Below, piece after piece: positions 51,121-60,427 of a DNA stretch of 64,000 nucleotides. Source of the stretch: Bdellovibrionota bacterium (lineage in GTDB: Bacteria; Bdellovibrionota_C; UBA2361; JAAYZI01); assembly GCA_050950765.1 (NCBI GenBank), contig JBMNIF010000001.1, forward strand, positions 479,885 to 543,884, given 5' to 3'. The translations under genes and the position numbers were made by a program. Numbering within the stretch: the stretch's first letter is position 1; the number at the start of each line of letters is the position of its first letter. The notes under the pieces were generated by a model. The model was given only the letters and a program-made list of their open reading frames with translations. It had not been told where the DNA came from and did no database searches.

Positions 51121-51179
51121 GGGCTTTAGTATTACGGATAATGAGGGCGTTTCCTTATCCACTACTAAAGCCCTTTTTT
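51121..51179 (+). terminator. Second strong terminator-like hairpin in the fliC-slt spacer
   Basis: GGGCTTTAGTA...GGATAA...TTATCC...TACTAAAGCCC followed by TTTTTT. Confidence 0.7.
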
Positions 51180-51339
51180 ATAAGTAATTTCAGGATAATA
51201 TACTCAAAATCTGGTATTTAATTTTAACCGTTTGTTTTTATTATAAATCGTTCTTGAGATAGCGCTCGGTTTTTACCTATTCACTTTTTATAAATTCCCA
51301 GTTATCATGGCGTAACTTTTAGTTTTTACACTATAATTT

Positions 51340-51966
51340 ATGCCACGTTGGTTTTCTTTCATTATCATTTTGGAATTACTTTTGGTGTGTCCGACTGAGA
51401 CAAGTGCGGGACCTGTCTATGTTTATAAAGACTCGGCAGGGGTGGTTCATTTTACCTCAAAGAAACCGCCTAGCGGCTCAAGTGGAAAAGTTTTTACAGC
51501 AAAAAACAGTAAGTTTTCTTATTACTCCACGACGGGAGCTAACAGGTGGTATGGCACTTCCAATAGGCTCTACACCAATACTTATGGTGACATAATTAGA
51601 ACAGCTGCTGCTACGCACGGTGTTAGCACTGGATTGGTTAGAGCTGTTATTCATGCAGAATCTGCCTTTAATCCGTTGGCAGTTTCTCCTAAAGGGGCGC
51701 TGGGTTTAATGCAGCTTATGCCCGATAATTGTCGTCGCTATAAAGTAACGGATCCCTTTAACCCACAGGAAAATATTAACGGTGGGGTGCAGATGTTGGC
51801 AGATTTAATACAAAAATACAGAGGGAACTTGCCTTTAGTTTTAGCAGCATATAATGCCGGTGAGGGAGCGGTTGAAAAACATAACGGAATTCCTCCGTAC
51901 TCCGAAACTCAGCAATATGTGCAGAGGGTGTTAAATCTGAAGCGTCGTTATCAGGGAGTGTTATGA
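51340..51966 (+). CDS. Lytic transglycosylase (SLT) with N-terminal DUF4124-like segment
   Basis: VYVYKDSAGVVHFT; AVIHAESAFNP, SPKGALGLMQLMP, AAYNAG, ETQQYV. Confidence 0.93.
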   Translation: MPRWFSFIIILELLLVCPTETSAGPVYVYKDSAGVVHFTSKKPPSGSSGKVFTAKNSKFSYYSTTGANRWYGTSNRLYTNTYGDIIRTAAATHGVSTGLVRAVIHAESAFNPLAVSPKGALGLMQLMPDNCRRYKVTDPFNPQENINGGVQMLADLIQKYRGNLPLVLAAYNAGEGAVEKHNGIPPYSETQQYVQRVLNLKRRYQGVL

Positions 51967-52577
51967 ATCAGCAAGTTATGCGACGGTTGCCGAATATATT
52001 TACCTTTTTACGGTTAATCTTAATTCCAGTTTTTGTTTTGTTGATGCTGGATCCCAGTATCTTGATGTTGCGCGCAGCGCTAGTTGTCTTCATGTTGGCA
52101 GCTTTTACGGACTATCTTGATGGTCGCATAGCGCGGAAGTATGGTGCCGTCACAGATTTTGGAAAATTACTAGATCCTATCGCTGACAAAATTTTAGTTA
52201 TGGCAGCTCTGATCATGATTATGGGGTTGGGTCCTGATGAATCGGGAGAGAATTTATTACCAGCTTGGTTGGTGGTGATGATCTTAGCCCGAGAGACATG
52301 GGTCAACGGCTTGCGTTCTATGGCGGCTGCTAAGGGAGTTGTTGTTGCAGCCAGTAAAATTGGCAAATTAAAAAGTGCCATTCAGATGTTGGCGATCGTG
52401 CTGATGTTAATGCAAGATTGGCCTATCGAGATAGGAGAGTGGAGTATTCCATGCCCTTACATCGGAATACGTCTTCTTGTCGTATCTGTCGTTATCTCTT
52501 ATTGGGGAGCTATTGAATATTCTATTTTACTATTAGGCAAAGAAACGGGGCTCTTAAATAAAACAGATAACCAATAA
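51963..52577 (+). CDS. pgsA: CDP-diacylglycerol--glycerol-3-phosphate 3-phosphatidyltransferase
   Basis: LPNIFTFLR, TDYLDGRIARK, FGKLLDPIADK, GKLKS. Confidence 0.95.
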   Translation: MNQQVMRRLPNIFTFLRLILIPVFVLLMLDPSILMLRAALVVFMLAAFTDYLDGRIARKYGAVTDFGKLLDPIADKILVMAALIMIMGLGPDESGENLLPAWLVVMILARETWVNGLRSMAAAKGVVVAASKIGKLKSAIQMLAIVLMLMQDWPIEIGEWSIPCPYIGIRLLVVSVVISYWGAIEYSILLLGKETGLLNKTDNQ

Positions 52578-52751
52578 TTCCAGTAGAGATATTGACACCT
52601 TAATCTTCCTTCATAGACGGTGCTATTTTGCTATTTGGAGTTAAATTTTGTATATAAACACCCTGCTTTAATTCGGTTGAAGTTAGAGGTCAGTTTGAGC
52701 GCTAGAGCGCAGGAACTGATAACAGATGTTTTAAATCATTAAGGTAATTTT

Positions 52752-55700
52752 ATGCAAATTGTCCGCCTTGAGCTTTTTGGATTTAAATCGTTTATGGAGC
52801 GTACCGTTCTGCCTTTGGCAGGAGGGGTTACAGGTGTTGTTGGTCCTAACGGATGTGGAAAATCAAATGTAGTTGATGCGGCACGTTGGGTTTTAGGAGA
52901 GACAAGGGCACGTAGCTTAAGGGGAGAGCTACTTGAAGATGTAATTTTTAATGGGACTGATAAATTACGTCCTCTGGGGTTAGCTGAAGTTAGTTTAACT
53001 TTAAGATCTGAAGAGAAAGATTTTTTTGCAGATCTAATATCGCCCACACTTGAAGCAGATCTCTTTGTTATGTCAGAAGAGTTAAACGCTGAAAATGCCT
53101 TAAATGCTGAAAGGCAACCTGAAGAAGGACAGGTGGTGTCTTTAGGACAAGAATCTGCAAAAGAAAATGAAAATGATTTTGAAGAGCATTTGGCTTCATC
53201 AGATGGCGAAGAGAGTAATTCTCTTGATACCTCTTCAACACTTGAAGAGTCTCAAGCAGTTGTTACAGAAGATGAGTATCCTAATGCTACGAGTGGTGCT
53301 TCTGCTGCGCTTTTACAGAAATTCAGTTGGCTTAAATCTGTTAATGAAGTGCAGATAACGAGGCGTTTGTATCGTAGTGGTGAAAGTGAATTCTTTCTAA
53401 ATCGGGTTCCTTGCCGCTTAAAAGATCTGCGCGAGTTCTGTCGTGCGGTTGGAATGGGACCACGTGCTTATACTATTGTAGCGCAGGGAGAGATAACTAG
53501 AATTGTCACAGCGAAGCCAGAAGAACGCCGAGCTATTTTAGAAGAAGCTGCAGGTGTGCAAGGTTTCCGCGATAAAATAATTGCAGCACAACGTAGACTT
53601 GAAGATACAGACCTAAATTTAACGCGTTTTGATGATATAATAAAAGAGGTCTCAAGACAGGTGCTAATCCTTAAACGACAAGCTGCTAAAGCTAGAAATA
53701 GACAACAGTTAAAAGAAGAGATTAAAAGGCTGGACAATATTATATTTGTAGATACTTTATCCGGCTTTAATCAGGAAAATGCGAAGATCTGTGCTGAATT
53801 GGAAAGTGCAGGTCAGGAAGAGGCTGAATTATCTAATTCTTTACGTGAGCGGCAGAATCTCGAAGAAGAGGTGCGCTCTGGATTGATGAATATTGACGTG
53901 CTCGGTGATGAATTGCGTAGTGGTATCGATCAGATTAAAAGCGATTTAGCTGCACGCGATAGGGCACGTGGTGAGCGTTTAGCTAAAATTGGAGAGCTAA
54001 AAGCGTTAATTTCAGGCTCAGAAAGTGAGTTGCAAAACTTGCAAGATCGTCGTGTTAAGTTAGAACAGCGACGTTTAGATTGTGACTCTGAGATTAAAGA
54101 TTTAAACCTCCAAAATGAAGCCTTAAATAAGGAACGTTCGAGTATAGAGCACCTTTCTGGTGGTGATGTGGCGCGCTTGGGAGAAGAGATCGATCGCAAA
54201 CGTAAGGAGCTGCGTCAAAAAGAGTTAGGTGTTCGAGAGTTTCGCGATGAAGTTGTGGCATTAAAAGCAACTTTCTCCTCTTTAAGTGATCAGTTGGTAG
54301 ATGTTTCTCCGGTCGCTAAACTTAAGCGCTTAATGAATGGTGACAGCGATGACACACTCCTCCCTCCTTCAATGAAGGTTTTAGCTGAGGTAATGCACGT
54401 TCCTGCACACTTAGTCAAAGCGGTACAAGTTGCTTTGCGTGAGAAAGCTTCCTTTGTTGTAGTTGAGGATCCCCATCAACTAATGTTGAAATTAAAGGAA
54501 TTAACTAAAGATGAAGAGAATTCCTTAGGAATTGGTGCCGTTGCCACCTCTTTTCGTGCGAACATTCAACAAACTAGGAAGGTGCCCTTTAAGCCGTTGT
54601 TAGATTCCTTAAAAATAGATACCGATTTTGAGCCGTTACTCCATTCACTTTTACACGATATTTATCTAGTAGGCTCTTTGGAAGAGGCTGCTGATTATTT
54701 TTCATCTGAAGAAGGGAAGGATGATTTAGAAACGAAACTTGTCACGCCCACAGGGTGTTTTATAACTAAAAACTCATTTTCAGAGTTAAGTACGGAAGTT
54801 GGTATTATTCAAACGAAAAATAAACTTGAAGAAATTCAAGCTCGTTTAACAGATTGTGAGGCAAAGCATCAAGGTGCTGAAACAGAGTGTGAAAGTTTAA
54901 GAACTGCCATTGAAACCCTTGAAAAAGATCAACTCGCCGCACTCTCTGAAAGTGATAAAGTACAGCAGCAGATCCTTGAATTAGGAAAGAAGTCAGGAGA
55001 GGTGCAGGGACGTTTAGGTGGTCTTTATAATGTAAAAGATGAGTTGGAAGATGATTTTGATCTAACGGAAAGTAAGATCTTAGATGCAGAAAATAGACTT
55101 GATGCTTTGCAGTATAGATTAGATAGCGCTGAAGATGAGTTGGAAAATGCTACAACGGATCAAGATAGCGCCTTAGAAGAAGAATTAGCAAAACGTGTAG
55201 CGGAATATGAGGGGTTGGAACGGAGAAGACAGGAAAAACGTTTACAGATGAATGAAGTGATGCGCGTAGTAGAAGATCTACGCCAACAGGTTGATGCCCT
55301 AAGGATAAAAGGTGCAGGGCTTGAGTTGCGCAAACAAAAAATTGCATTATCAGTTACTAATTTAAAAGAGAAAGTTTTTGCTGAATACGGTGAAGAGGAT
55401 TGGGGTGAGATAGAATCTCAACTCCTTAACTACGAGCCGTTAGAAGATTTTGTCAGAGACGAATATGAAGAGGAGTTGATAAGACTTCGGGCGCGTTTGT
55501 TGAGGGAGGGCGAGGTTGATCCAGAGTCGATTCCAAGATTGGCAGAGGAGCAAAATAGACTGGAGGAGTTAGAGAAACAGAAAGCAGACTTGGAGAGAGC
55601 TTCTGCTATTTTAAAAAAGACTATATCTAGATTGGTTGAAACTTCAGTCGAACGTTTTATGTCTACTTTTGATGCGGTTAAAAGTAATTTTGAAAGATTG

Positions 55701-56120
55701 ATCCCTCGTTTATTTGATGGAGGTCAAGGAACTTTGTCCTTAGCAGATCCCTCAAATCCGTTAGAAACTGGGCTTGAATTAACGGTACGTCCTCCAGGGA
55801 AAAGGTTAAAAAGCATTGAATTACTCTCCGGTGGAGAAAAAGGGCTTTGTGCTGTGGCTCTGATCTTTTCAATGTTTTTGCAACGTCCCAGCCCTCTATG
55901 TATCTTAGATGAGGTTGATGCTCCATTTGATGAGGTAAATCTTTCACGCTTTATTGATCTTCTGAAAGAGATGAGCACTAAAACGCAATTTATAATGATT
56001 ACACATAATAAACAGTCAATGGCAGCATGTGATAATTTGGTGGGAGTAACTATGCAAGAACCAGGGGCTTCAAAGATACTAACCGTCTCATTGGAAGAAG
56101 CGTACGATCATGTCGCTTAA
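52752..56120 (+). CDS. smc: Chromosome segregation protein SMC (atypical)
   Basis: GFKSF, GPNGCGKSN, QG loop, LSGGEK, ILDEVDAPFD, ITH; conserved smc-ftsY order. Confidence 0.92.
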   Translation: MQIVRLELFGFKSFMERTVLPLAGGVTGVVGPNGCGKSNVVDAARWVLGETRARSLRGELLEDVIFNGTDKLRPLGLAEVSLTLRSEEKDFFADLISPTLEADLFVMSEELNAENALNAERQPEEGQVVSLGQESAKENENDFEEHLASSDGEESNSLDTSSTLEESQAVVTEDEYPNATSGASAALLQKFSWLKSVNEVQITRRLYRSGESEFFLNRVPCRLKDLREFCRAVGMGPRAYTIVAQGEITRIVTAKPEERRAILEEAAGVQGFRDKIIAAQRRLEDTDLNLTRFDDIIKEVSRQVLILKRQAAKARNRQQLKEEIKRLDNIIFVDTLSGFNQENAKICAELESAGQEEAELSNSLRERQNLEEEVRSGLMNIDVLGDELRSGIDQIKSDLAARDRARGERLAKIGELKALISGSESELQNLQDRRVKLEQRRLDCDSEIKDLNLQNEALNKERSSIEHLSGGDVARLGEEIDRKRKELRQKELGVREFRDEVVALKATFSSLSDQLVDVSPVAKLKRLMNGDSDDTLLPPSMKVLAEVMHVPAHLVKAVQVALREKASFVVVEDPHQLMLKLKELTKDEENSLGIGAVATSFRANIQQTRKVPFKPLLDSLKIDTDFEPLLHSLLHDIYLVGSLEEAADYFSSEEGKDDLETKLVTPTGCFITKNSFSELSTEVGIIQTKNKLEEIQARLTDCEAKHQGAETECESLRTAIETLEKDQLAALSESDKVQQQILELGKKSGEVQGRLGGLYNVKDELEDDFDLTESKILDAENRLDALQYRLDSAEDELENATTDQDSALEEELAKRVAEYEGLERRRQEKRLQMNEVMRVVEDLRQQVDALRIKGAGLELRKQKIALSVTNLKEKVFAEYGEEDWGEIESQLLNYEPLEDFVRDEYEEELIRLRARLLREGEVDPESIPRLAEEQNRLEELEKQKADLERASAILKKTISRLVETSVERFMSTFDAVKSNFERLIPRLFDGGQGTLSLADPSNPLETGLELTVRPPGKRLKSIELLSGGEKGLCAVALIFSMFLQRPSPLCILDEVDAPFDEVNLSRFIDLLKEMSTKTQFIMITHNKQSMAACDNLVGVTMQEPGASKILTVSLEEAYDHVA

Positions 56121-56154
56121 CGATTTGAGTGGAGATAGATAAAGAGGAAATATA

Positions 56155-57591
56155 ATGGATCAAGTTCAAAATTGGCTTATCAATCTATGGCAGATGTTTG
56201 ATGGCAGCAAACTTCCTAAGGGAGTCACCATCTCTATTTTACTCCTTTTTGTGGCTTTATTGTGTTGTATCCTTCTCTGTCTTTATTTGCGCGCCAAAGT
56301 AAAAAATCTTAGTGGAACAAAACGTAGAGATCTCTCCTCTTTTTGTTCGGAAGATAGTGCGGCAATTATTATCCGTTTAGAAAAAATAGAAAAAACGATT
56401 AATGATCTTCAGAGTAAGTTAGAAAGATATCAGCAATACTGTTGTGAAGAGTTGAAAAATATCAGGCTTGCACTTTCTGATCCTTTTGATGGTGAGCCTA
56501 TCAAAAGAAGTGAAGGGATAACTTGTGCCTCTACGAAGGAGATTGAAAATGATCTCGCCGTTTCGGGTGAGTTACACGATCTTAGTACAGTCTGTTTAGA
56601 TGTAGAGTGTCATGCCACAAAAAGCACTTTAGATGAAGGAGCAACTCCCGAAGTTGATACGACAGATCTCGACTCTATAAGTAAAGGTTTGAAAAAGACT
56701 AGAGAGAGTTTTTTTGGTAAGATTAAGGGGTTATTTGCAAAAAAATCGAAGATTGATCAGGAGATATTCGAAGATCTCGAGGCTTGTTTAATTGGTGCAG
56801 ACTTGGGTGTGCCGCTCGTTACTAAACTACTTGAAGAATTAAAGAGCGACCTTAAATCTGGAGTCACTATCGGCGAAAAAGATCTGATTGAACGGTTAAA
56901 AATAAAGATAACGGAGATCGTGTCTGACGGTGAAAATGAGGAGAATACTTTGGAGCATCCGAAGGAAGATGCCCTCCCTTATGTTGTTATGATTGTAGGA
57001 GTAAATGGAACGGGAAAAACCACAACTGCAGCAAAGTTGGCGTATCGTTGGAAGTGTCAAGGGAAGAGGGTTTTATTAGCAGCAGCAGATACATTTAGGG
57101 CGGCAGCCTGTGATCAACTTGAAAAATGGGGGAAAAAGCTTGATGTGCCTGTTGTACGTGGGGAAGAAGGGGCAAAGCCAGGAACGGTTGCTTTTGATGC
57201 TATGCAGAGAGCTCAAAAGGAAAAGTATGATGTGTTGGTGATCGATACAGCAGGTCGTCTTCAAACTCAGTCTAATCTAATGCAAGAGTTAACAGGTATT
57301 AAGAATATTATAAAACGGTTAAATGATAAGGCACCGCATGAAACTATACTTGTACTAGATGGAGCTACAGGTCAAAATGCGCTATCACAAGCTAGGCAGT
57401 TTAACGAGGCTGTTCAACTAACAGGCTTGGTAATTACAAAATTAGATGGCACACCAAAAGGTGGAATCGTAGTTGCTGTAAAATCGGAGCTGGGGACTCC
57501 TATCAGATATATAGGAGTGGGGGAGTCTAAAAAAGATTTAAAGCCGTTTGATTCAAACGTTTTTGTCGAAGCGCTCTTTAAAGATGTTTAG
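56155..57591 (+). CDS. ftsY: SRP receptor FtsY with N-terminal TM anchor
   Basis: GLKKTR, GVNGTGKTT, DTFRAAA, DTAGRL, TKLDGTPKGG. Confidence 0.96.
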   Translation: MDQVQNWLINLWQMFDGSKLPKGVTISILLLFVALLCCILLCLYLRAKVKNLSGTKRRDLSSFCSEDSAAIIIRLEKIEKTINDLQSKLERYQQYCCEELKNIRLALSDPFDGEPIKRSEGITCASTKEIENDLAVSGELHDLSTVCLDVECHATKSTLDEGATPEVDTTDLDSISKGLKKTRESFFGKIKGLFAKKSKIDQEIFEDLEACLIGADLGVPLVTKLLEELKSDLKSGVTIGEKDLIERLKIKITEIVSDGENEENTLEHPKEDALPYVVMIVGVNGTGKTTTAAKLAYRWKCQGKRVLLAAADTFRAAACDQLEKWGKKLDVPVVRGEEGAKPGTVAFDAMQRAQKEKYDVLVIDTAGRLQTQSNLMQELTGIKNIIKRLNDKAPHETILVLDGATGQNALSQARQFNEAVQLTGLVITKLDGTPKGGIVVAVKSELGTPIRYIGVGESKKDLKPFDSNVFVEALFKDV

Positions 57592-57639
57592 TGTTTGTTA
57601 TATTTTATCTAGATAACACACTACTGTCTTTTTTGAGTA

Positions 57640-59082
57640 ATGGTGTCGATTATGAATAAAATAAATAAGTTCAATGAAGAGTGCGCCTTAGTTGGGATCT
57701 GGAATCATAAGGAAGCTGCGAATATGGCGTATCTCAGTCTATATGCGCAGCAGCATCGTGGGCAGGAAGGGGCAGGAGTTGTTTCTTTAGAGCTCGGCAA
57801 AGATGCAAAGTTTCATGTTCATAAAGGGATGGGGCTTGTTAGTGATGTTTTTGATGACTTTGATTTCTCACGTTTAATGGGAACGTGTTCTATCGGACAC
57901 GTCCTTTATGCGATGGCAAAAAGTCAAAAATTAGTTAATGTGCAGCCATTGTATGCGGAGATCTCTCGAGGTGCGGTAGCTATTGCTCATAATGGAAATA
58001 TCGTTAACGCAGAAGAGTTGCGTGAGAAATTAATAGATGATGGTGCTATTTTTGCGACCAGCTCTGATACAGAGATAGTTTTACACCTTTTAGCTCGGAC
58101 TTCGAAGAATATTTTGCAGGTAGAGGGTGTTATTTCAGCCGTTTCGCAGTTGCGTGGTGCTTACTCACTTCTCCTTATGTTTCAAGATCGTTTGTTTGCG
58201 GTTAGGGATCCTAACGGTTTTAGACCCCTAGCGTTAGGGATGGTGGATGGTTCTTATGTCGTGGTCTCTGAAACGTGCGCTTTGGATCTGATTGGGGCTC
58301 AATATATTCGAGAGATTGAACCAGGTGAGGTCTTGGAGATCTCAAAAGATTCTGAGATTAAATCTTATTTCCCGTTCGGCATGGTTAAAGAGTCTCCCTG
58401 TATCTTTGAATATGTATATTTCGCAAGACCTGATTCTAAAGTTTTCGGACGTGATGTTTATACAATCAGAAAAAATATGGGACGGGAGTTGTGTAAAGAG
58501 GCTCCAGCAAAAGCTGATATCGTTATTCCCGTTCCTGACTCGGGAGTGCCAGCAGCGCTTGGTTTTGCGCAAGAGGCTGGAATTCCATTTGAATACGGCT
58601 TAATGAGAAATCACTATGTCGGTAGAACCTTTATTGAACCGAAGCAATCGATCCGTGATTTTGGGGTAAAAGTTAAGTTAAATCCGAATAAAGGAGTTTT
58701 AGACGGTAAGTCCGTAGTGGTTGTTGATGATTCTATTGTACGAGGAACAACGTGCAAAAAACTAATAAAACTTATTAGATTGGCAGGGGCAAAAGAGGTT
58801 CATATGAGAATATCTTCGCCACCAACCACAGATCCGTGTTATTATGGTGTAGATACCCCTGCAAAAGAAAAACTGATAGCTTCTCAAAAAAATGTTTCTG
58901 AAATTGCAGAGTATATAGGGGCTGATTCTTTAGCTTACTTAAGTTTAGAGGGGTTGTATAAAGCGGTAGGAACTCCTGTCGGTAAGTTTTGTGATGCCTG
59001 TTTTAGCGGATGTTATCCTGTCGCAATAAGTGGGATAAATGGAAAAGCAGTACAGCAGGAGCTTTTTGAAGATCTTTCTTAA
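57640..59082 (+). CDS. purF: Amidophosphoribosyltransferase (glutamine-site residues altered)
   Basis: EEC, QHRGQE, HNGN, CIFEYVYFARPDS, VPDSG, VDDSIVRGTT, CDACF. Confidence 0.96.
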   Translation: MVSIMNKINKFNEECALVGIWNHKEAANMAYLSLYAQQHRGQEGAGVVSLELGKDAKFHVHKGMGLVSDVFDDFDFSRLMGTCSIGHVLYAMAKSQKLVNVQPLYAEISRGAVAIAHNGNIVNAEELREKLIDDGAIFATSSDTEIVLHLLARTSKNILQVEGVISAVSQLRGAYSLLLMFQDRLFAVRDPNGFRPLALGMVDGSYVVVSETCALDLIGAQYIREIEPGEVLEISKDSEIKSYFPFGMVKESPCIFEYVYFARPDSKVFGRDVYTIRKNMGRELCKEAPAKADIVIPVPDSGVPAALGFAQEAGIPFEYGLMRNHYVGRTFIEPKQSIRDFGVKVKLNPNKGVLDGKSVVVVDDSIVRGTTCKKLIKLIRLAGAKEVHMRISSPPTTDPCYYGVDTPAKEKLIASQKNVSEIAEYIGADSLAYLSLEGLYKAVGTPVGKFCDACFSGCYPVAISGINGKAVQQELFEDLS

Positions 59083-59140
59083 AAGCAATCCTCTCTGAAG
59101 TGAGCTTTTTCTTTGATGATTTTATAAATAGGGAACGGTA

Positions 59141-59941
59141 ATGTCGTATTTTTCACTTGATGCTGTGGTTGTAGATCCGCAGCCAGATTGTCGAATGCGT
59201 TTAAAGAATGTGATAATCTCAGTTCCTGAATTTAGGAGTGTTCATATCTTTGATAAATTATCAACTGCGCTAGAGGTTCTTGATGGTCAAGAGATAGGGT
59301 GTGATATCATCTTTCTTTCTGAAAGGTTCGGTGAAGAAGAGCTAGCTCAATTTCGTAAATCTGCAGAAGAGACTTTACAGGGTGCGTGTTGTGCTTACGT
59401 TTTATTGTTAGAACCTCAACATCAAGTGGCAACACGTTTAGCCAGTAGTTTGCAGCAGGGGATGGATGCTGTTCTTTTTGAACCGTATTCTGTGGATGGT
59501 GTAGCAGAGATAGTGCCCGTAGCGCGACAGGTTCAGAGAGAAAGAGCCAAAGTGCAGGGTAAAGCTGCTATGCTTTTTTTGGTTAGGGATTGCTTGTACA
59601 ATATTAATAATATTATCGAATGTTTAAAAACAGATCGCAATCCTGTTATATCATTAAAAAAATTTCAAGAAGTAGCAGCTGAACTTAAAAAACTTGAAGG
59701 AGAGGCGCTAGATAACTATTTCGAAGTTTTAATGGAAGAGTGCGAAAAGATTCCGCCACCTCCACACACCACAATTCCTGAATATTCCGGTGCTAGCACC
59801 AGAGTTAGAGAAAAAATAAATCGACTAGCTTCAAGGATAAGGAAAAAAGAGGAGGAGGTCTCTAAGACGACTCCTGAAGAAGATGAATTACGGCGTGAGA
59901 ATATCTCAAAGAGTTACTATATCGTAAGGAAAATGCGATAA
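59141..59941 (+). CDS. Atypical (pseudo-)receiver domain protein
   Basis: CheY-like pattern AVVVD...CDIIFLS...GMDAVLFEPYS followed by helical C-terminus. Confidence 0.65.
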   Translation: MSYFSLDAVVVDPQPDCRMRLKNVIISVPEFRSVHIFDKLSTALEVLDGQEIGCDIIFLSERFGEEELAQFRKSAEETLQGACCAYVLLLEPQHQVATRLASSLQQGMDAVLFEPYSVDGVAEIVPVARQVQRERAKVQGKAAMLFLVRDCLYNINNIIECLKTDRNPVISLKKFQEVAAELKKLEGEALDNYFEVLMEECEKIPPPPHTTIPEYSGASTRVREKINRLASRIRKKEEEVSKTTPEEDELRRENISKSYYIVRKMR

Positions 59942-60427
59942 TCTTATCGATCCTCTTTTCTGGCTTCCGAGTGTGGATATTTTTTTTAGAATAATTTTTT
60001 TTGGTTCTAAGTTAAAGAAGCAGAACAGAAAATTTCCCTTATTTATAGGTAATTTAAGGCAAAAAACTTCAAAAAATTTGGAAGTCAGGCAATCCCACCT
60101 TTAAACTTTAACTAGGTGTAATGATTGATGATAAATAGGGATTAACTTATTTTTGAGAGACTTTTTTATAACGTGTTAAAAGTTTTATTAAAAAATAAGT
60201 GACTTTCTGTGTAAGATTCAATAGAATCACCCGTTCTTTATTTTTGTTCTTTAAATGACTAACAAATTAAAATGGTGTACCCTTCGTTAAGTCAATTTAA
60301 AGACGCACTGTTTTTATCTTTTTATCTAAAAAGTTTTTTCTTAGGTTCTTTCGCTTCATTTCGACGTTTAAGCGTTCCCCGTTTTTTTTAAGTTGTTACT
60401 TTAACCTCAACACCTTAGGAGAGTTAA

